Shown here: piece by piece, positions 35,401-48,527 of the stretch
How the letters are laid out: each line of letters opens with the position of its first letter
How positions within the stretch are numbered: position 1 is the first letter of the stretch
Origin: Camelus dromedarius
Lineage: Eukaryota
Assembly (NCBI RefSeq): GCF_036321535.1
Contig: NC_087436.1
Span: forward strand, 60,886,001-60,950,000
Direction of reading: 5' to 3'
DNA: 64,000 bases
Translations under genes and position numbers: made by a program
Notes under the pieces: generated by a model
Told to the model about the DNA's origin: nothing
The model's input: the letters and a program-made list of their open reading frames with translations, nothing else
The model's database searches: none

Positions 35401-37709
35401 TCACATAGAAGTCAAAAAGCCCTTTGATGGCACATATTTTACTCCTTTTAAGGTATCAGGACATGCTGAACGATACAAGGGGGCAGACTGAAGTAAACTA
35501 ACTAGTATAAATTTGCTTAATGGTTTCCTAGCCCCTCAAAATAACCTGTTTTGTGGCAATGAGGGGGCTGTGCTGACAGTTTGCCAGTAATTTCTCCCCT
35601 TTAGTAATTCCTGCATGCTGCCATAGTGTAAGTGATAGTGACTCAAGGGCAGTCTTCAAACTAAGTTAATGGATTAAGAAGCATCCATAAACTGACTTAA
35701 GTTCAGAAACCAACACAGTAAGAAAACTTTCTTACAGCAAAACCCACTATTGACCAGTTGGATAGACCAGCATTGATCCTAGGCTGCATTAGGTTGGCAG
35801 AATGTGGAGTAAATTAATAGCAGATCCTAGTGGCCGTTCTCCACTGTCTAAGCACAGAGGGTCTTTTTTGGTTTGAGGTACTGTAACCACCCTTTTCCTG
35901 GCTTTCTTGCCAATTTTTGCTGAGAATCATAAAATGTTAGGACTGAGAAATACCTAGTGTCATTCCCTCATTTTATAGATGAGAAAATTAAAACCCAAAG
36001 ACATTAATATAACCAGGGAAACTGAAACTTACTTAGTAAACTGCACTGTTTGAAACTCCTAGCAAAATACCTTGGAACATTTTTAGATATGCCAAAGTCA
36101 AGCTTTAATTAATTACATTACATTTTAGAGGTAAAAGCGACTGCGACTATAAATTATGAATATTAAAAAATTTTTTTTGCTAGTCAAGAGGCCTAAAAGC
36201 TTAAGGATAAGATAAGGAAGGCGAACTGTTCTGCCTTCTAATATACATATAAGTTATCAGGGTAGAGACAGCATCAGTTTTTGGGTTCTGTATTTCTCCT
36301 CAAATGCCAAGTTTACTGTATTTTATTCATTTTATCTAAAGATTCAAGCCTAAGCTCCAAGCTGTATTTAGTGGATACAAATATAATGTTCACAGTTTTA
36401 AGTTGTAAAATAATTGTATTTCATTCTCTGTAAAATAAGAAAAAAACCCTACAAGTCCAGTAACAATTTTCTCAACTTGAGAAGCTACCGCCCTCTAGAG
36501 GGTGGGTTTGGAAACATCTGGGATACTTCCCAATTTTCCAAATAAGGGCAGGAGAGTTGCTATTGGCATTGAGTATTTGGGGATGAGGGATGCTCATAAA
36601 GAACTACCTCCCCCAAGATGCCAATAGTGTTCACCTTGAAACATGATGGAAGTGAGATCTACAAAGTTTTTACAAGTTGCATCTGAAAATTAATTTATTC
36701 TAGAATGAGTGACTGAGTGAGGCTAGAGTGTATACGGTGATAGAGAACATGGGACTGTCAAGAAGGTCATGCTAAACCTGAGTCTACAGGAAGCTCCTGG
36801 ATCTGTGTTTCAGGCCAGTTTACTCTATAAGCATTTATCTCAACGTTGAGATCTGGGACTTGACTGACCAGTTGGTCACTGTACTGAGCTATAGTACTAC
36901 TTACTCAACTAGGAATACCTAAAGGGAAAGATTTCTGACTGACGTAATGTTATACCATGTTTACAGGCAAATGTTGATAAAATGGTTAGTGTTCTGATAC
37001 TTGGAGAATAGACTTCAGATTTCAGGAAGATATAACTTGAATCCTTTTTAGTCTTAAGATTTGCAGGCACTTTCAGATTATGTAATGTAAACTTCTAATT
37101 GTTCTCCATCATCTATTCTCCCCTTCTTAATAGAAATCCAAAATCCTTATTTCCCTCCACTCCCCTGGCTTCCCAGTGGGGGCGTGTGGCCATGTAACTG
37201 TTAACCAATGGATGATGTCATGTCTGCAACTTCCAGCTTCCCCTTTCTTTTAAATAGGGGAGCTGTGTGCTCTTCACTCTCTTCTCTTTCCACTTGCTGC
37301 AAAAAGATGACAACTTGAGCAACCACCTTAGACCCAGAGATGGAAGCCGTGGAGTGCTCCCCCTGTTGGGTCCTGGGATGACTACATGATGCAGAGCCAC
37401 TTACTTCTATCTCACTTAAGCCAATGTATTTTGGAAAAACTGATTTTCTGCCACTTTTTTCATATGCCAACTGCTAAGCTGCTCTCTCAACTAGACTCCA
37501 AATAAGAAATGCCATCTGGTCTTGGTTAAAAATAGTAGCGGGAGAACACTGAATGTAGCAGAACTCCTTTTTTGATATATTTGAGCCACAGACACACACA
37601 TATATGCACCATACAAAAAAGTAACTTGTGTTTACAAACTCAGTACTTTAAAGAGAAGCACTGTCCAGAGTAGTTTAAAAAGGACAGGAGAGGGGAAGAG
37701 GTGGGGAGC

Positions 37710-37715
37710 TTTATT
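37710..37715 (-). terminator. NOA1: Likely NOA1 polyadenylation signal
   Basis: TTTATT on plus (AATAAA on minus) about 84 nt past the NOA1 stop. Confidence 0.55.
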
Positions 37716-37798
37716 ACCATGATATTTAACAAAATCCAATGTATGTAATATGTTCTATATGGTTAATCTTCAGTGTGAACAAGGTCAGCTTCGTATAT

Positions 37799-37998
37799 CT
37801 ATTTTTTCTTTTTCTGCAGATTGTACACAAGGGCAGGAGGCTTCTTGGTTTTATAGGCCACGCTTCTCGGGATGCGCTTTCCTTTGATGTTGACGATATG
37901 TGGTAAGAGCGGGGGCCGGACCGTCAGTGCTGTTCCTTGAGGTGTATAGCCTCGGAGGTGCAGTCTGTCCTTAAACTGAGGCGTTACTGCGACCCAGC
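37799..37998 (-). CDS. NOA1: NOA1 exon 7 (last coding exon)
   Basis: [33 protein letters not shown]...KKKK*; acceptor GCATAG; TAG at 37799-37801. Confidence 0.95.
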
Positions 37999-38309
37999 CT
38001 ATGCAGGCAAGGGGCAGAACGCAAATGGGTGTTAGCAACCACCTTACCAAAAACACCAAACGCAGCTTAGAATGGAGACCTAAAGGAGGCTGCTGCTGTC
38101 TTTCACTCTATTTTTTTTTTTAAAGACATACTATGCATTCGCGAAAAGGTACAAATTTATTTTCAGAGTAGGTTGCATCTTATGAATAAAGTAGTATGTA
38201 ATTCTTAAATATTCAGCTATGTCAGTTAAGGTACATTTATATAAAAATGTACTGTAAGTTAGTAAGGCTACTTTATTTACCTTTTAAAAAGTGCTTAGTG
38301 TAAAATTAC

Positions 38310-38430
38310 CTGCAGAGGAGAACTTGATATCAGCCACTGCTTCAGATTCCCCAGGTCCTTCGTCTAATGTAATGTCTTCAGCAACAAGAGGAGGAAATGA
38401 TGCCATTCTTTCTTCTCCACCCATTGGAAC
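38310..38430 (-). CDS. NOA1: NOA1 exon 6 (121 nt)
   Basis: [44 protein letters not shown] boundaries, frame consistent. Confidence 0.93.
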
Positions 38431-39336
38431 CTTCCATGGGAAGGAAATGAAGATATTTGGAAGTTCAAATTAAACACCTCATAACTCTAATATTAAGTAA
38501 GGCATTGATAATTCTGGGAGGGTATCAAGAATAAAATCCTTTCAAATATTCAACTGTTTAACATTTAAACATTCCAAACACTCCCAGCGTCAAGGGCCCC
38601 ATGTGGGCATCCATCTGGTGGTAACCTCCAGATAGCAGAATCTTGCTTTATTAGCTTACACTATTTTTACAGCTCTACAGACAATAACGTTGGGCAATTA
38701 AGGCAACATCATTCCAAACACCTTAGTTCTTATAGGCCTGGATGGACTGGGAGATTAATCCCCACCTCATTACAAGTCAAGGGTACACGTATAATGGGTA
38801 AGATTCAGTTTCTATGTTTACAGGTGTTTCCGTGGATTGGAACTGGATAATAACTTACTTATTAATAGATCTCTCTGTGTTTTACAGTAAGGACATTAAG
38901 ACAGATGTTACAATATGGCTCCTGCCCCCAAGTAAATCAGAAAGTGGAAATAACATGTAAACTAATTACAAAGTAAGAAATGCAATGAGAGGCATCTATT
39001 AAGTACTATGGTTGTGGAGGAAGAAGTAATGGAAGTGTTTCAGTCAAAGAAAACATTAATGAAGAGCAGTATTTTGAAAAACAGGTTGAAGTCACTCAGT
39101 GGAAAGGTATTCTGGGTTAGAATCATGTACAGATACAAAAACTGAAAAGAAGATAATGGGTTCAGGGAACTGTAGTTTAATTGTTGGGGGGGAGGTGTAT
39201 TTGTGCGTGCGTAATAGTTATGAGACTTCTCTCAGTAATGTGGAACTACCAAGGAATTTTAAGTAGGTCAGAGAAGAGGTAAGGATAAAAAAAGAATACT
39301 GTGACTTGCTTTGTATTTTGGAAAAATCTCCCTAGT

Positions 39337-39540
39337 GCAGGGCTTTCAACCTCAGCACTCCTGACCTTTTGGGCTGAGTAATTCTCTGTTGGGGGAGGCT
39401 GTCCTGTGCATTCTATAATTTTTAGCAGCATTTCTGGCCTCTCTACTCAGCATCCACCAAGATGTGAAACCAAAAATTTCTCCAGGCTTTGCCAGATGGC
39501 CCTTTGGGGTAAGAGTCAACCCTGGTTGAGAACCACAGCT
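39337..39540. mobile_element. MER20 (hAT-Charlie) element; further MER20-like copies near 36470-36640 and 40830-40970
   Basis: CAGGGCTTTCAACC...GGTTGAGAACCACAG terminal inverted repeats and MER20-like internal sequence. Confidence 0.75.
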
Positions 39541-41380
39541 CTAGTAGGGTGGGGTAGGAGGAGGGCAGTAGAAACTGAAAGCTGGAAAAATACTTAAAGA
39601 TCTCAAAAATAGCCTAATGGAAGCAGATTATGTTTGGACTACGAAGCTGGTTTCAGTGATAACTAAGAGGCAGGACTGACTTTGACTTGGGAAGTGAGTA
39701 AAACCAGAAGGCAAGGATGATTCTCAGGGCAGCCCAAGAAACTGTTTATATTATGCTGGGAGAGAAGTCTGCCTGTTGCTTTGAGAAGTATCAGTGCTGT
39801 TCATTCTGAAAACTACACAGATGCATGGGGGTAGAACACCATAGTGTTCATTTTTATGAGAGCTGTATAAACGAAGGACATTTTCTTTCCTGTAGGTCTC
39901 AAGTTGTCTTACAATTTGTGTATTAATTGTTTTATCTAAAAAGTGAATGAATTTAACAGAAGAACCGAGGTCTTCTGTGGTACAAAAATCGACAGATCCA
40001 ATATTGCTATTTGCTTTTATATGCTCACTACTTCGCAAATTCTACATGTCTCTGGAGTATTCACTTTAGGGCAGTTATCTCAATGGAGTTTTAATTTCAC
40101 AGTGGCTTCCTTAGGAAATCCAGAGAGAAGGAAGCATTTACTCCTCAAGTCAGGTTAGTTTTATCCTCACTGAGGGTGGGTGTTTATTCTGCATTTTGAC
40201 TTACTTCCGGTTGCATGAGCCTTAGTTAATGGTAAATCACTGGATGCAGCTATTTTTGCAGTAAATACATCCCACCACCATCATCATCATCATCCTCATC
40301 ATCACCACCACCACCACAGATACTTATATAGTGGTTACAACGGTGCCCTGGAATTTAATCTTCTCCACAACTTTATGACATAGGTACAACGGACAGAGAT
40401 TAAAAGAAAAACTTGCCTAAAGTCACACGGCTTTGCTAAGTGGTGGAGCAGAGCGGGATTTGAACCCAGTCTGGCTCCAATGATCTTAAATATTATACAC
40501 TAGCCAACAGTGTCTACAGCATGTCTGGTTAGAGCTGAACAGTCCCCACTCAGTCTAAGGAGGACTTAGTAAGAACAATTTCAGTGGCACAGAAAGGGCC
40601 AAACAGGGACTGCAGAGGATGGGACGTGAGGAGCGAGAATAACCTAGATTGTAAAGAGAAGGAATGAGCAGAACACTGAATTTTGTTTTGTTTTTTAAGA
40701 CCAGAGAAATTTTAACACAGTACTCACAAGCCCAAGGAAGGAAGGAAGTAGAGCAGGAGAGAAGAGGTGGGAAAATCTGTAAGTGTCTGGGATTATAAAA
40801 ACCTGGGAGGAGAGCTTTTCCACCCCAACGACAGCTTCTCAATTTCGGCACTTCTGACATCTTGCACCAGGTAGGTCTTGGCTGTGGGGGGCTATCCTGT
40901 GCCCTGCAGGATGGTTAGCATCCTCTCCGGCCTCCCCCTCTAGATGCCAGCAGCACCCCAAGTTGTGAGAATACCTGTAACTTCTCTTCACTCCGCACTA
41001 TCCAATACAACTTTCTGCAATGACGTGGCTGCTGGGCAGTTGAAAAGTGGTCACAATGACAAAAAAACTGAATTTTCAATTTTATTAAATTGTAATTAAT
41101 TTACTTTAATAGCCACATGTGGCTACCGTTTTGGACAGTGTTACCTAGAAAAACCCAGCTCTGTCACTATTCTAGGATCAGTCCAATCCAACATCCCTTT
41201 TCTTATAAGAGCCCACCTCACTTTATAGCCAAAATTCTCAAGGTGAACAGGGTAAGGGGAAAGCTAGCTGTTGGTGTAATGAAGATGGTTCTGTCCAACA
41301 AAGGCTTTCTTAACAGGGCCGAGGGACTGTCACAGGGGATGTTAACCCAACTATGCAACCATCAAAGCCTGTCCCCTTAC

Positions 41381-41497
41381 CTTGAGTAATGTATGACCCG
41401 CATGCTTCTGATACATAGTGTCTGCCCTGTCCAAGGAAGTAATGTGCACGGGAAGGAAGTTTGAAGCCACAACTGTAAACCAAGCTGACTGATTCCC
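41381..41497 (-). CDS. NOA1: NOA1 exon 5 (117 nt)
   Basis: [44 protein letters not shown] acceptor, GTAAGG donor. Confidence 0.95.
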
Positions 41498-41703
41498 CTT
41501 AAGAAAAGAAGAAGGATTTATTTCATACAATGAAAAATTTGCAAAACCAGCACATTACAAGGTACAATTAAAGGAAAAAAATCAAACTCCCTGGTAACTG
41601 TAATCAAACTACATCAATGTCTAAAAAAGGGAGCAAAATATGGCAGAAGCAGTGCATTTCACCTGTTTATGGGACTATGATTCCTTCTATAGGCTTGTTG
41701 ATA

Positions 41704-41733
41704 CATCATCATCATCATCATCATCATCATCAT
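41704..41733. repeat. (CAT)10 microsatellite; a compound (CAC/CAT)n tract also lies at ~40271-40318
   Basis: Read directly from the sequence. Confidence 0.95.
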
Positions 41734-42450
41734 AATAAACTTCTGTTTTGAAAAGCAAAAGGAAATACTGTCTAGTTTATATGTCCCTGTATAAAGTTAA
41801 GTTTAAAATATTAACATTCTATGGGCTCTAAGGGGAATTAAGTGTTTTAACAGGTGTTAAGTGTGAAAGTCTAACTTTCCAACAAATTATAAACCCACAC
41901 AAACCCAAGAAGTTGCTATAGGCAATGGCCTGCAAGTTACATTCAGTGCTGTTGGACATATCCATGTTTCATTTTCCTTTTTCTCCTCACTTTGGCAAAA
42001 CAGGGATCAACTCTATAGATACTCTAAAATCCCTGAATGATGCTATGTAAATGAATACCAAATCAAAAAATACATAAAATTACACATACATGGGATATAA
42101 AAAGTGTAAAATTTATTTAATGCATATAAACTCTGTACCTAAAGCCGTGAGCTCTAATTTCCACATAAAACATTTCAACATTAAACAATATCAGAGGCAA
42201 AGTATCTTTTCTTAATGCCAAGCTGAATGGGGCACTTAACTTCCTATTGAAAATACAGGTTTTAATACCTAGTACTTTTTCCCTCCATTTCTTTTTCCTA
42301 AGTTTTTATTACGGACATTTTCAAACATATACACATAAAAGAATAGTGTATCAGCCCTACAAAGGGAAGACCTAGTTTTGTTCCTCTATCTGCTTCCTTA
42401 AAGTAAATCCCAATACTAAGTCATTTCTTAGTGGTACAGACTTTCCTTAC

Positions 42451-42582
42451 CTGCAGAAAATCTATGCGGCCTATGGCACCCAAAAATAGAACCATTCCTG
42501 GTTTAAGCACAAAAGTTCTTGGAACAATGGAGTGTGTTGGCAAAACAACATTTACTTCTTTTTCTGTTAGAAGATTTAAAAT
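42451..42582 (-). CDS. NOA1: NOA1 exon 4 (132 nt)
   Basis: [50 protein letters not shown] acceptor, GTAAGG donor. Confidence 0.95.
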
Positions 42583-45445
42583 CTATAAAGCAAAAGGCAG
42601 AGTTTTCAGAGAATTACTTTCAATGAACATATATATTGTGATATACCTGTAAGATAAAAAGTGATAATAAAATATTGCAGGCTTCATAATAAATAAAACT
42701 ATGTATTCCAGATTTTGCTGCACATAAAATTCATATATTCTTTCTGCTTAAATGAATCATTTTACGAATGGCTCTATTTTATAACTTAATCTTGAGTAAT
42801 GGCAAAATAACTTTATAGGAGTATGAAACAGAAGCATCCCCCGAATTCTGTCAAATTTGGTGTGAACTGAAAGCCCTAATGATTCAATCCCAAGCTAGAA
42901 AATAGGTTGTCTCCATCAAGGCTTCTGGGGAGCAGCAGTTGTCAGCTAAAGGTCACGTAACATGCCACATTTAATCCTAGAGTGGAAAGTATGCACTTTT
43001 GCAATGATCACCCACTTCTAGGAGCAAGTAAAGAGCCTGAAGAAACTTTTCTAAATTCCCGTCTTTGGTTTCCTTATTTTCCCCAAATACTCGGGGGGGA
43101 AAAAAAAAGGAGAGAGAGACAGAGAGAAAGTTATAAATCCTGTGGCTTCTAAGGATGAAGAGCTCCTAAAGAGACTAGAGAAAAAAGAAAAGGAAAGCCA
43201 GGCATACAAGATTCTGGCAAGATTTAAGGAATCAAAATCTGATTTAAAAGAAAATAGAGAAAGTTAAGAAACAGGTAAGAAACTTTTGAGAACTTGCACC
43301 TTAAGAAAAATAACAAGGAGATAAAAAATGTGTCATATTCAAGACAGGCTCACAAGAAAATACATAAAGGGGCTGCAAATAGTTTTTCTTAGAATTTGTG
43401 TTTGACACGGCACATTAAAAGCCACCTGCCTGGAAGGAACACTGTAGAGCATCTTTGTGTTCCTCTTGTTTACGGGTGATTTGGACGTTTATCTTTTGCT
43501 GTTGTTGTTTTTTCAAATATTGTTCCTTATAATAGAAAGTTTAATTAGCTCCAGAATCTAAGTTTATGAATGACAGTGGTCACAAATTTATAGCTACTTA
43601 TCACATTTAAAAATAAGAGTTTCACACTTTTGTAGAACAAACTGAGAACCCCTCCATCTTTTTATGTGATCTGGAACAACATAACATGGCATTAGAATAG
43701 GAATTTCCCTGTAAATGTGAAAAAGCCCAGCCCTAAAATTGACGGGCTCAAGGAATAGAGGAAAAATGTAAAGGATTGCTATTATCTTGGATTCATTTAT
43801 CTCTTTTAGTCTACTGTTAAGTAAAATTAAATGATATATATATTAAAAGCCACCTGCAGTAAAGAAATCTTTTAACCCTTTTACCAGAGACCCTAATACT
43901 TCCATTTCACAACAGAGTTCCTTGGTTCAGTTTAGGAAACACTGGTTGAAGGCATCAAATAAATAGATCAATAAACTGACACTGAATCCTACTGCCTGAA
44001 AGAACTTTTATATTTAAAACCTTGCAGGTCTCACTGCTGGGTTCTTGCCTTTCTGACTAATTGACTAGAGGGTACACATGACCAAAGTAACTGCTATCCC
44101 TGACCTGAGTCTAAAAGGGGAGAATGAATTGGTGAACTTAAAGTGACAGAACATTACTAGGAAGCAGTACAGTTGCTCTGAAGTTCTGGATTGCTAAAGA
44201 AGAAAAGACTGGACACAAACAATTACTGTAGAGGGCAAAAAAGGTTAAAAGACCTATATGGGGACACCAGATAGAATACAATTCTGAGAATGAAACTATA
44301 AGTGATTCTGATGAGGCAAAAGGGAGGAAAAATACTTAAGAATCTAATGTTGTTTCACAGAACTATACATAGACAATTAGGTAAATTAGAACCTGGTCAG
44401 TAACCAGATTCAGAGGAAGCTGATTAATGGATCTGTTCTAAGGCTGTATCCTAAATGCACACTTGACTCAATTGATGACTTGGATGATGATCCAAACTGC
44501 AGATGAATAAAAGGTGAGATTTAATGAGCATGTAGGATATAGGCTGAATTGAAGATAAAATCCAAATTGCCCAGGAGATTCTGCAAGTAGATTAAAAATA
44601 CGTGCAAAAACAAGATAGATAGAGTTAATCCTATTCTAATTAGGCTCATCTGAGGCACGTATACAAGAAATTTAGTTGTTTATGTCATACTTTAAGAACA
44701 AAAACAAATTAGAAATCATTGTGACAAAGGGCTTGTGTTCATCACTAGCCCATCAAAGAGAATAGCTATAGGAAATGGAGACAAATCGTCTGGATTATGT
44801 CAGCACACTAAGTATTCCATCTTTGTCAGATGAACCAGTGAAAGAAAAAAAGGGTAGAATGAAGGAGAGAGAGAACAGTATACTTTAAAATACTTCAAAG
44901 TCTGGAAAAGTAAAGAGGCATTACATTTGTTCTGTACAGCTTTAGGGAACAAGGAGGACAAGTGACAGGGAGATTGCTCAGCTCAATACAAAGAGCAGTC
45001 AAAGACCAAAGAGGTGAACTTGGAAGGTGAGGTGACACTGTTTCAGGTGAATGCGAGTCATGCTGGGTTCACTGCTTGATGGATATGTTATAGAGGGAAT
45101 TCAAGCATGAAACAGGTGACTGGACTGTAGTGATATTTATTTCTTTCAACCTCAAAATCTAGGATTCTGTAAATGTCTCCCTCACTAAGGTTGGTATTTT
45201 AGGTACTATAACCACAAAAGTTATAAGTAGGTTGGGTATTATAACCCCAAAGATGTAAGTAGGTTGTTAGCAGTGAAGCCTACATAATAGCATATAGAAC
45301 TTGATGGTTTATAGATTCATCTCTGAACCGGTTCTATGAGTGAATCAGAACTGAGTCTAAAAGAAAAGGGCACCTCTTTTTTGCCAATTAAGAGAGTAGT
45401 TGTACAATTAAAAGTTAATGTTTCTAAAACACATCAAATACATAC

Positions 45446-45651
45446 ACAATTTTCTTTTGTAATTCCAGGGGTGTCGTAAAACCAGTGGGCATCTTTCACA
45501 TCTTGTGGGGTTAATTCTACTCGTTTGGTGGATTTAGCTGCAACTGTAAGAGGTTCATTTCCCATGCCAAAGGCAAGTGAATCAGCATCAAACTCGAAGG
45601 TAGCTTCATCCTTCTGCTCTTCTGAATACAAGAATGTTCTTCCAACTCTTC
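45446..45651 (-). CDS. NOA1: NOA1 exon 3 (206 nt, G3 motif DTPG)
   Basis: [14 protein letters not shown]...[20 protein letters not shown] acceptor, GTATGT donor. Confidence 0.95.
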
Positions 45652-46299
45652 CTAGAACAAGTTATACTGAAGTTAGTAGTTACTCCTTTAAAGATTTTGA
45701 CTCAAGACAGATAATTCTTATGTTTGCCTCAAACAAGTTACTAAGACTATGGTGTATGGAAGGAAGTGAGACTACAATGATACTTTTGCTTTATTTCTAA
45801 AGGCAGTGAGAGTCAGACTCTTATACTGACCAAGTATGTATGTATGGCTGTGCATACTAAGTGGGGGGAGTGGGGGTGTGGGGAGATAGTGTTGGAAATC
45901 AAACTGTTTTTAGTAAAGAAAGGTTGAAAAAAGATACCAAGGAAAGAGGGACCATCCACTTTAAAGCTGGTACAGTTCAACAGCCTGTACTGGTTTGCAA
46001 GGAGGGGGCTGGAATCTCTGTGAAAATGCTTCTACCACTGACAACGGCCAGATAGGAGGCAGTTATTCACGCTTCCTTTCCTTCCTTTTGCTTCCTTTAA
46101 TATCTACTGTCTCAACTTTCCCAGTGCAATGAATTCTGGATTTCCAAACATTAGCCTTGCCTCTAAAAGGAACTCTATGTTCCAAAATGACTAATTTCTC
46201 CCTCCAAAACTGGCTAGCCCCACAGAGCTGTAGTTCAGGTTGCTCAACAAAGAATTTTAGCATAGACCCAATAAGACTTTTGCTATAGAAGGTGCTTAC

Positions 46300-46464
46300 C
46301 TACTACATAACCATGCTTTTTCAAGACATTAAGTTGATTTTGTTCTTGCTGGCTAAGATCTTTTTCCACTTCAGATGCATTTCTTTTAAGCCTTTTTTGC
46401 CTTTGAAACATTCTGTACGGGGTTGGGTTACAGATAGGAAACTTCAGGAGATTTAAGGTAGTAC
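46300..46464 (-). CDS. NOA1: NOA1 exon 2 (165 nt, G2 region)
   Basis: [25 protein letters not shown]...KKHGYVV; TTTTAG acceptor, GTAAGC donor. Confidence 0.96.
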
Positions 46465-47383
46465 CTAAAATACCAAAGAATAAATACGTTATTATAAACA
46501 TTGTACAAGAAAATGGAGTAAAACTAACATTTATGAGAAGCTACACTGTCTTGGGTACTGTGATTATTTCTCTTAACTTTCAGGACAATTCTCTACAAGA
46601 TTATCCTTACTTTACAGATGAGGAAGTAAACTCAAGAGATTGGCTCACAGGCTCAACCAGGATTTGAATACCAAATCTATAGGCCTGTTCTCTTCCCATC
46701 TTCTCCATACTACTAACCATTATAAAAGCACTTCTATGTATAAGTCAACCAAACTCCAGGACAGAGAAGTACAGCTTATCAAGCAAAGTTAAACACTGGT
46801 TTCAAAGGAACAAACGAAGTAGTTCCTTTTGCCAACTGTTAGATACAAACAGGGTCACAGAAGGACCCATTTTGCAGTTACTACAGACATTCCTTAAAGC
46901 CACAAAGTTGACATTTCCTCTCTACAAAGTCATGTACCATGCTGCATTAGTGAATTATTCAAATGTTAAATGTGTATGGTATACAGATGTCGTGAATAAA
47001 CTGAAGACATGAAGAGTAAGACTGAGGGGGTGGAGAGAGGTTTAGAAAGTAAAAGGACTTTTTGGAGAAACATACAAAGAACTAAAGCTACAAGGGAAAC
47101 CTCCAAGAGAGCAGGAACTTCCCTGTGTCCCCTATAGGTGCCAGAACAGTGACTGGAACACAGAAGTACTCTTAATTATTTCTTTTGGAAAGTCACAACA
47201 TATACTGTATTTCCTAGCACTAAACTGACACAGAACAGAGGTGTGACTAAAGTAGGCAGAGAATTTTTCAAGGGAAGGCTCCAATCAGCCTCTGGTGTAC
47301 ACAAAGGAAGGATATAGTACTAGGTGCCCGAATCGCGACCAGACTTCTCAGAAAACCAAGGGGGCGGGCCGCCTAATGCTCAC

Positions 47384-48527
47384 CAGGCCAAGGGGAGATG
47401 GTGGCCCTGTCGATAGCCTCAGCACCCTTGGCGATGCAGTAATCTGACTCCAGGAGCGTGTTGAAGAGAGTGGACTTGCCAGTGTTGGTGGCGCCAACCA
47501 AGTAGACGTCGCCACGGTAGCGCCAGGAGCGCTGGAGCACGGAGATCAATTCTTCGACTCCATAGCCAGTCTTGGCGCTGATGAGCCGCACGTCCCTGAG
47601 CACTGTGCGGGACTTGGTCGAAGGAGTCGCATTCTCCTCCCCGTCCCGAGGCCGGTCCCCGCTGGGGTGTTGTGGCCTTCGGTAGCCAGGGGGCGGCAGG
47701 AGCCCGGCGCGGGCACAATCGTCCCACAGTCGCTCCCGGAGCCGCCGCCGGTAACCAGGAGTATCCTGGGGCAGCAGGTCCACCTTGTTTCCTAGCACGA
47801 TCAGCTGCTTGGGGCCCACCAACGCGGGCAGGTGAGGCAGCAAGTTGTCCGGCAGATCGAGGAGGTCCACCATGTAGAGCACCAGGGAGGGCTCGGGCCG
47901 CCGCAGTGCGGCGCTCACCAGCTCCAAGTACTGCTCGTGGCTCACCTGCAGACGCAGGGCGCGTCGGTGATGAACCAGCAGCCAGCAGCGCTGGCACACC
48001 GTCCGCGCCAGCCCGCCTTCGGTCTGAGCCGCCGCGCTGAATTTCTCGCTGGGCAGGTAGCCGGGCAAGCCGGGGTCCTGGCAGTGCAGTTCCGCCCCGC
48101 AGCCCGAACAGTTCAGGCCGCTAGGCGGCACCGTCGGGTCCGGGTGCCCCACCACCGGGTGCACTCGCCCGCTCGCCTTTAGCTTCCGTAGCCGCCGTTC
48201 CTCCCGCCGCTGTTGCCTCTGTTGCTCCTCTTCCTCCTGCCGCTGCTGCAGCTCCTGCAGCCGGTGTTGGAGGCTCAGTGCGGGCTCCGGATCCGGGACG
48301 TACTCGGGGAACAGAAAATGCTCCTCCATGTCAGCACTTCCCTCGTAACCCCCAGTCGCTGTCGGGCCACAGAGAGGCCCACGACCCAGGCCCGATGGGC
48401 GCTGGGAGCAGCTGGCGGCGCATCTCCTCTCCAGAAGCGTCTCCCGGAGGCCATGGCGCACTACCATGAGAGCGGATCCCCGCAGGACCCTGCATAGCAG
48501 CCTAGACGTGAAACGCGCGGGCAGCAT
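47384..48527 (-). CDS. NOA1: NOA1 exon 1: mitochondrial cpGTPase (YqeH family), Zn finger, G4/G5/G1; full protein 694 aa
   Basis: Arg/Leu-rich presequence [15 protein letters not shown]...[19 protein letters not shown] in G4-G5-G1 order; donor G|GTGAGC; the seven exons sum to 2085 nt. Confidence 0.98.

Noticed and set aside
35820..35840. CTCF-like CGGCCACTAGGATCTGCTA on the minus strand
   Set aside because: The essential GGC of the core is missing.
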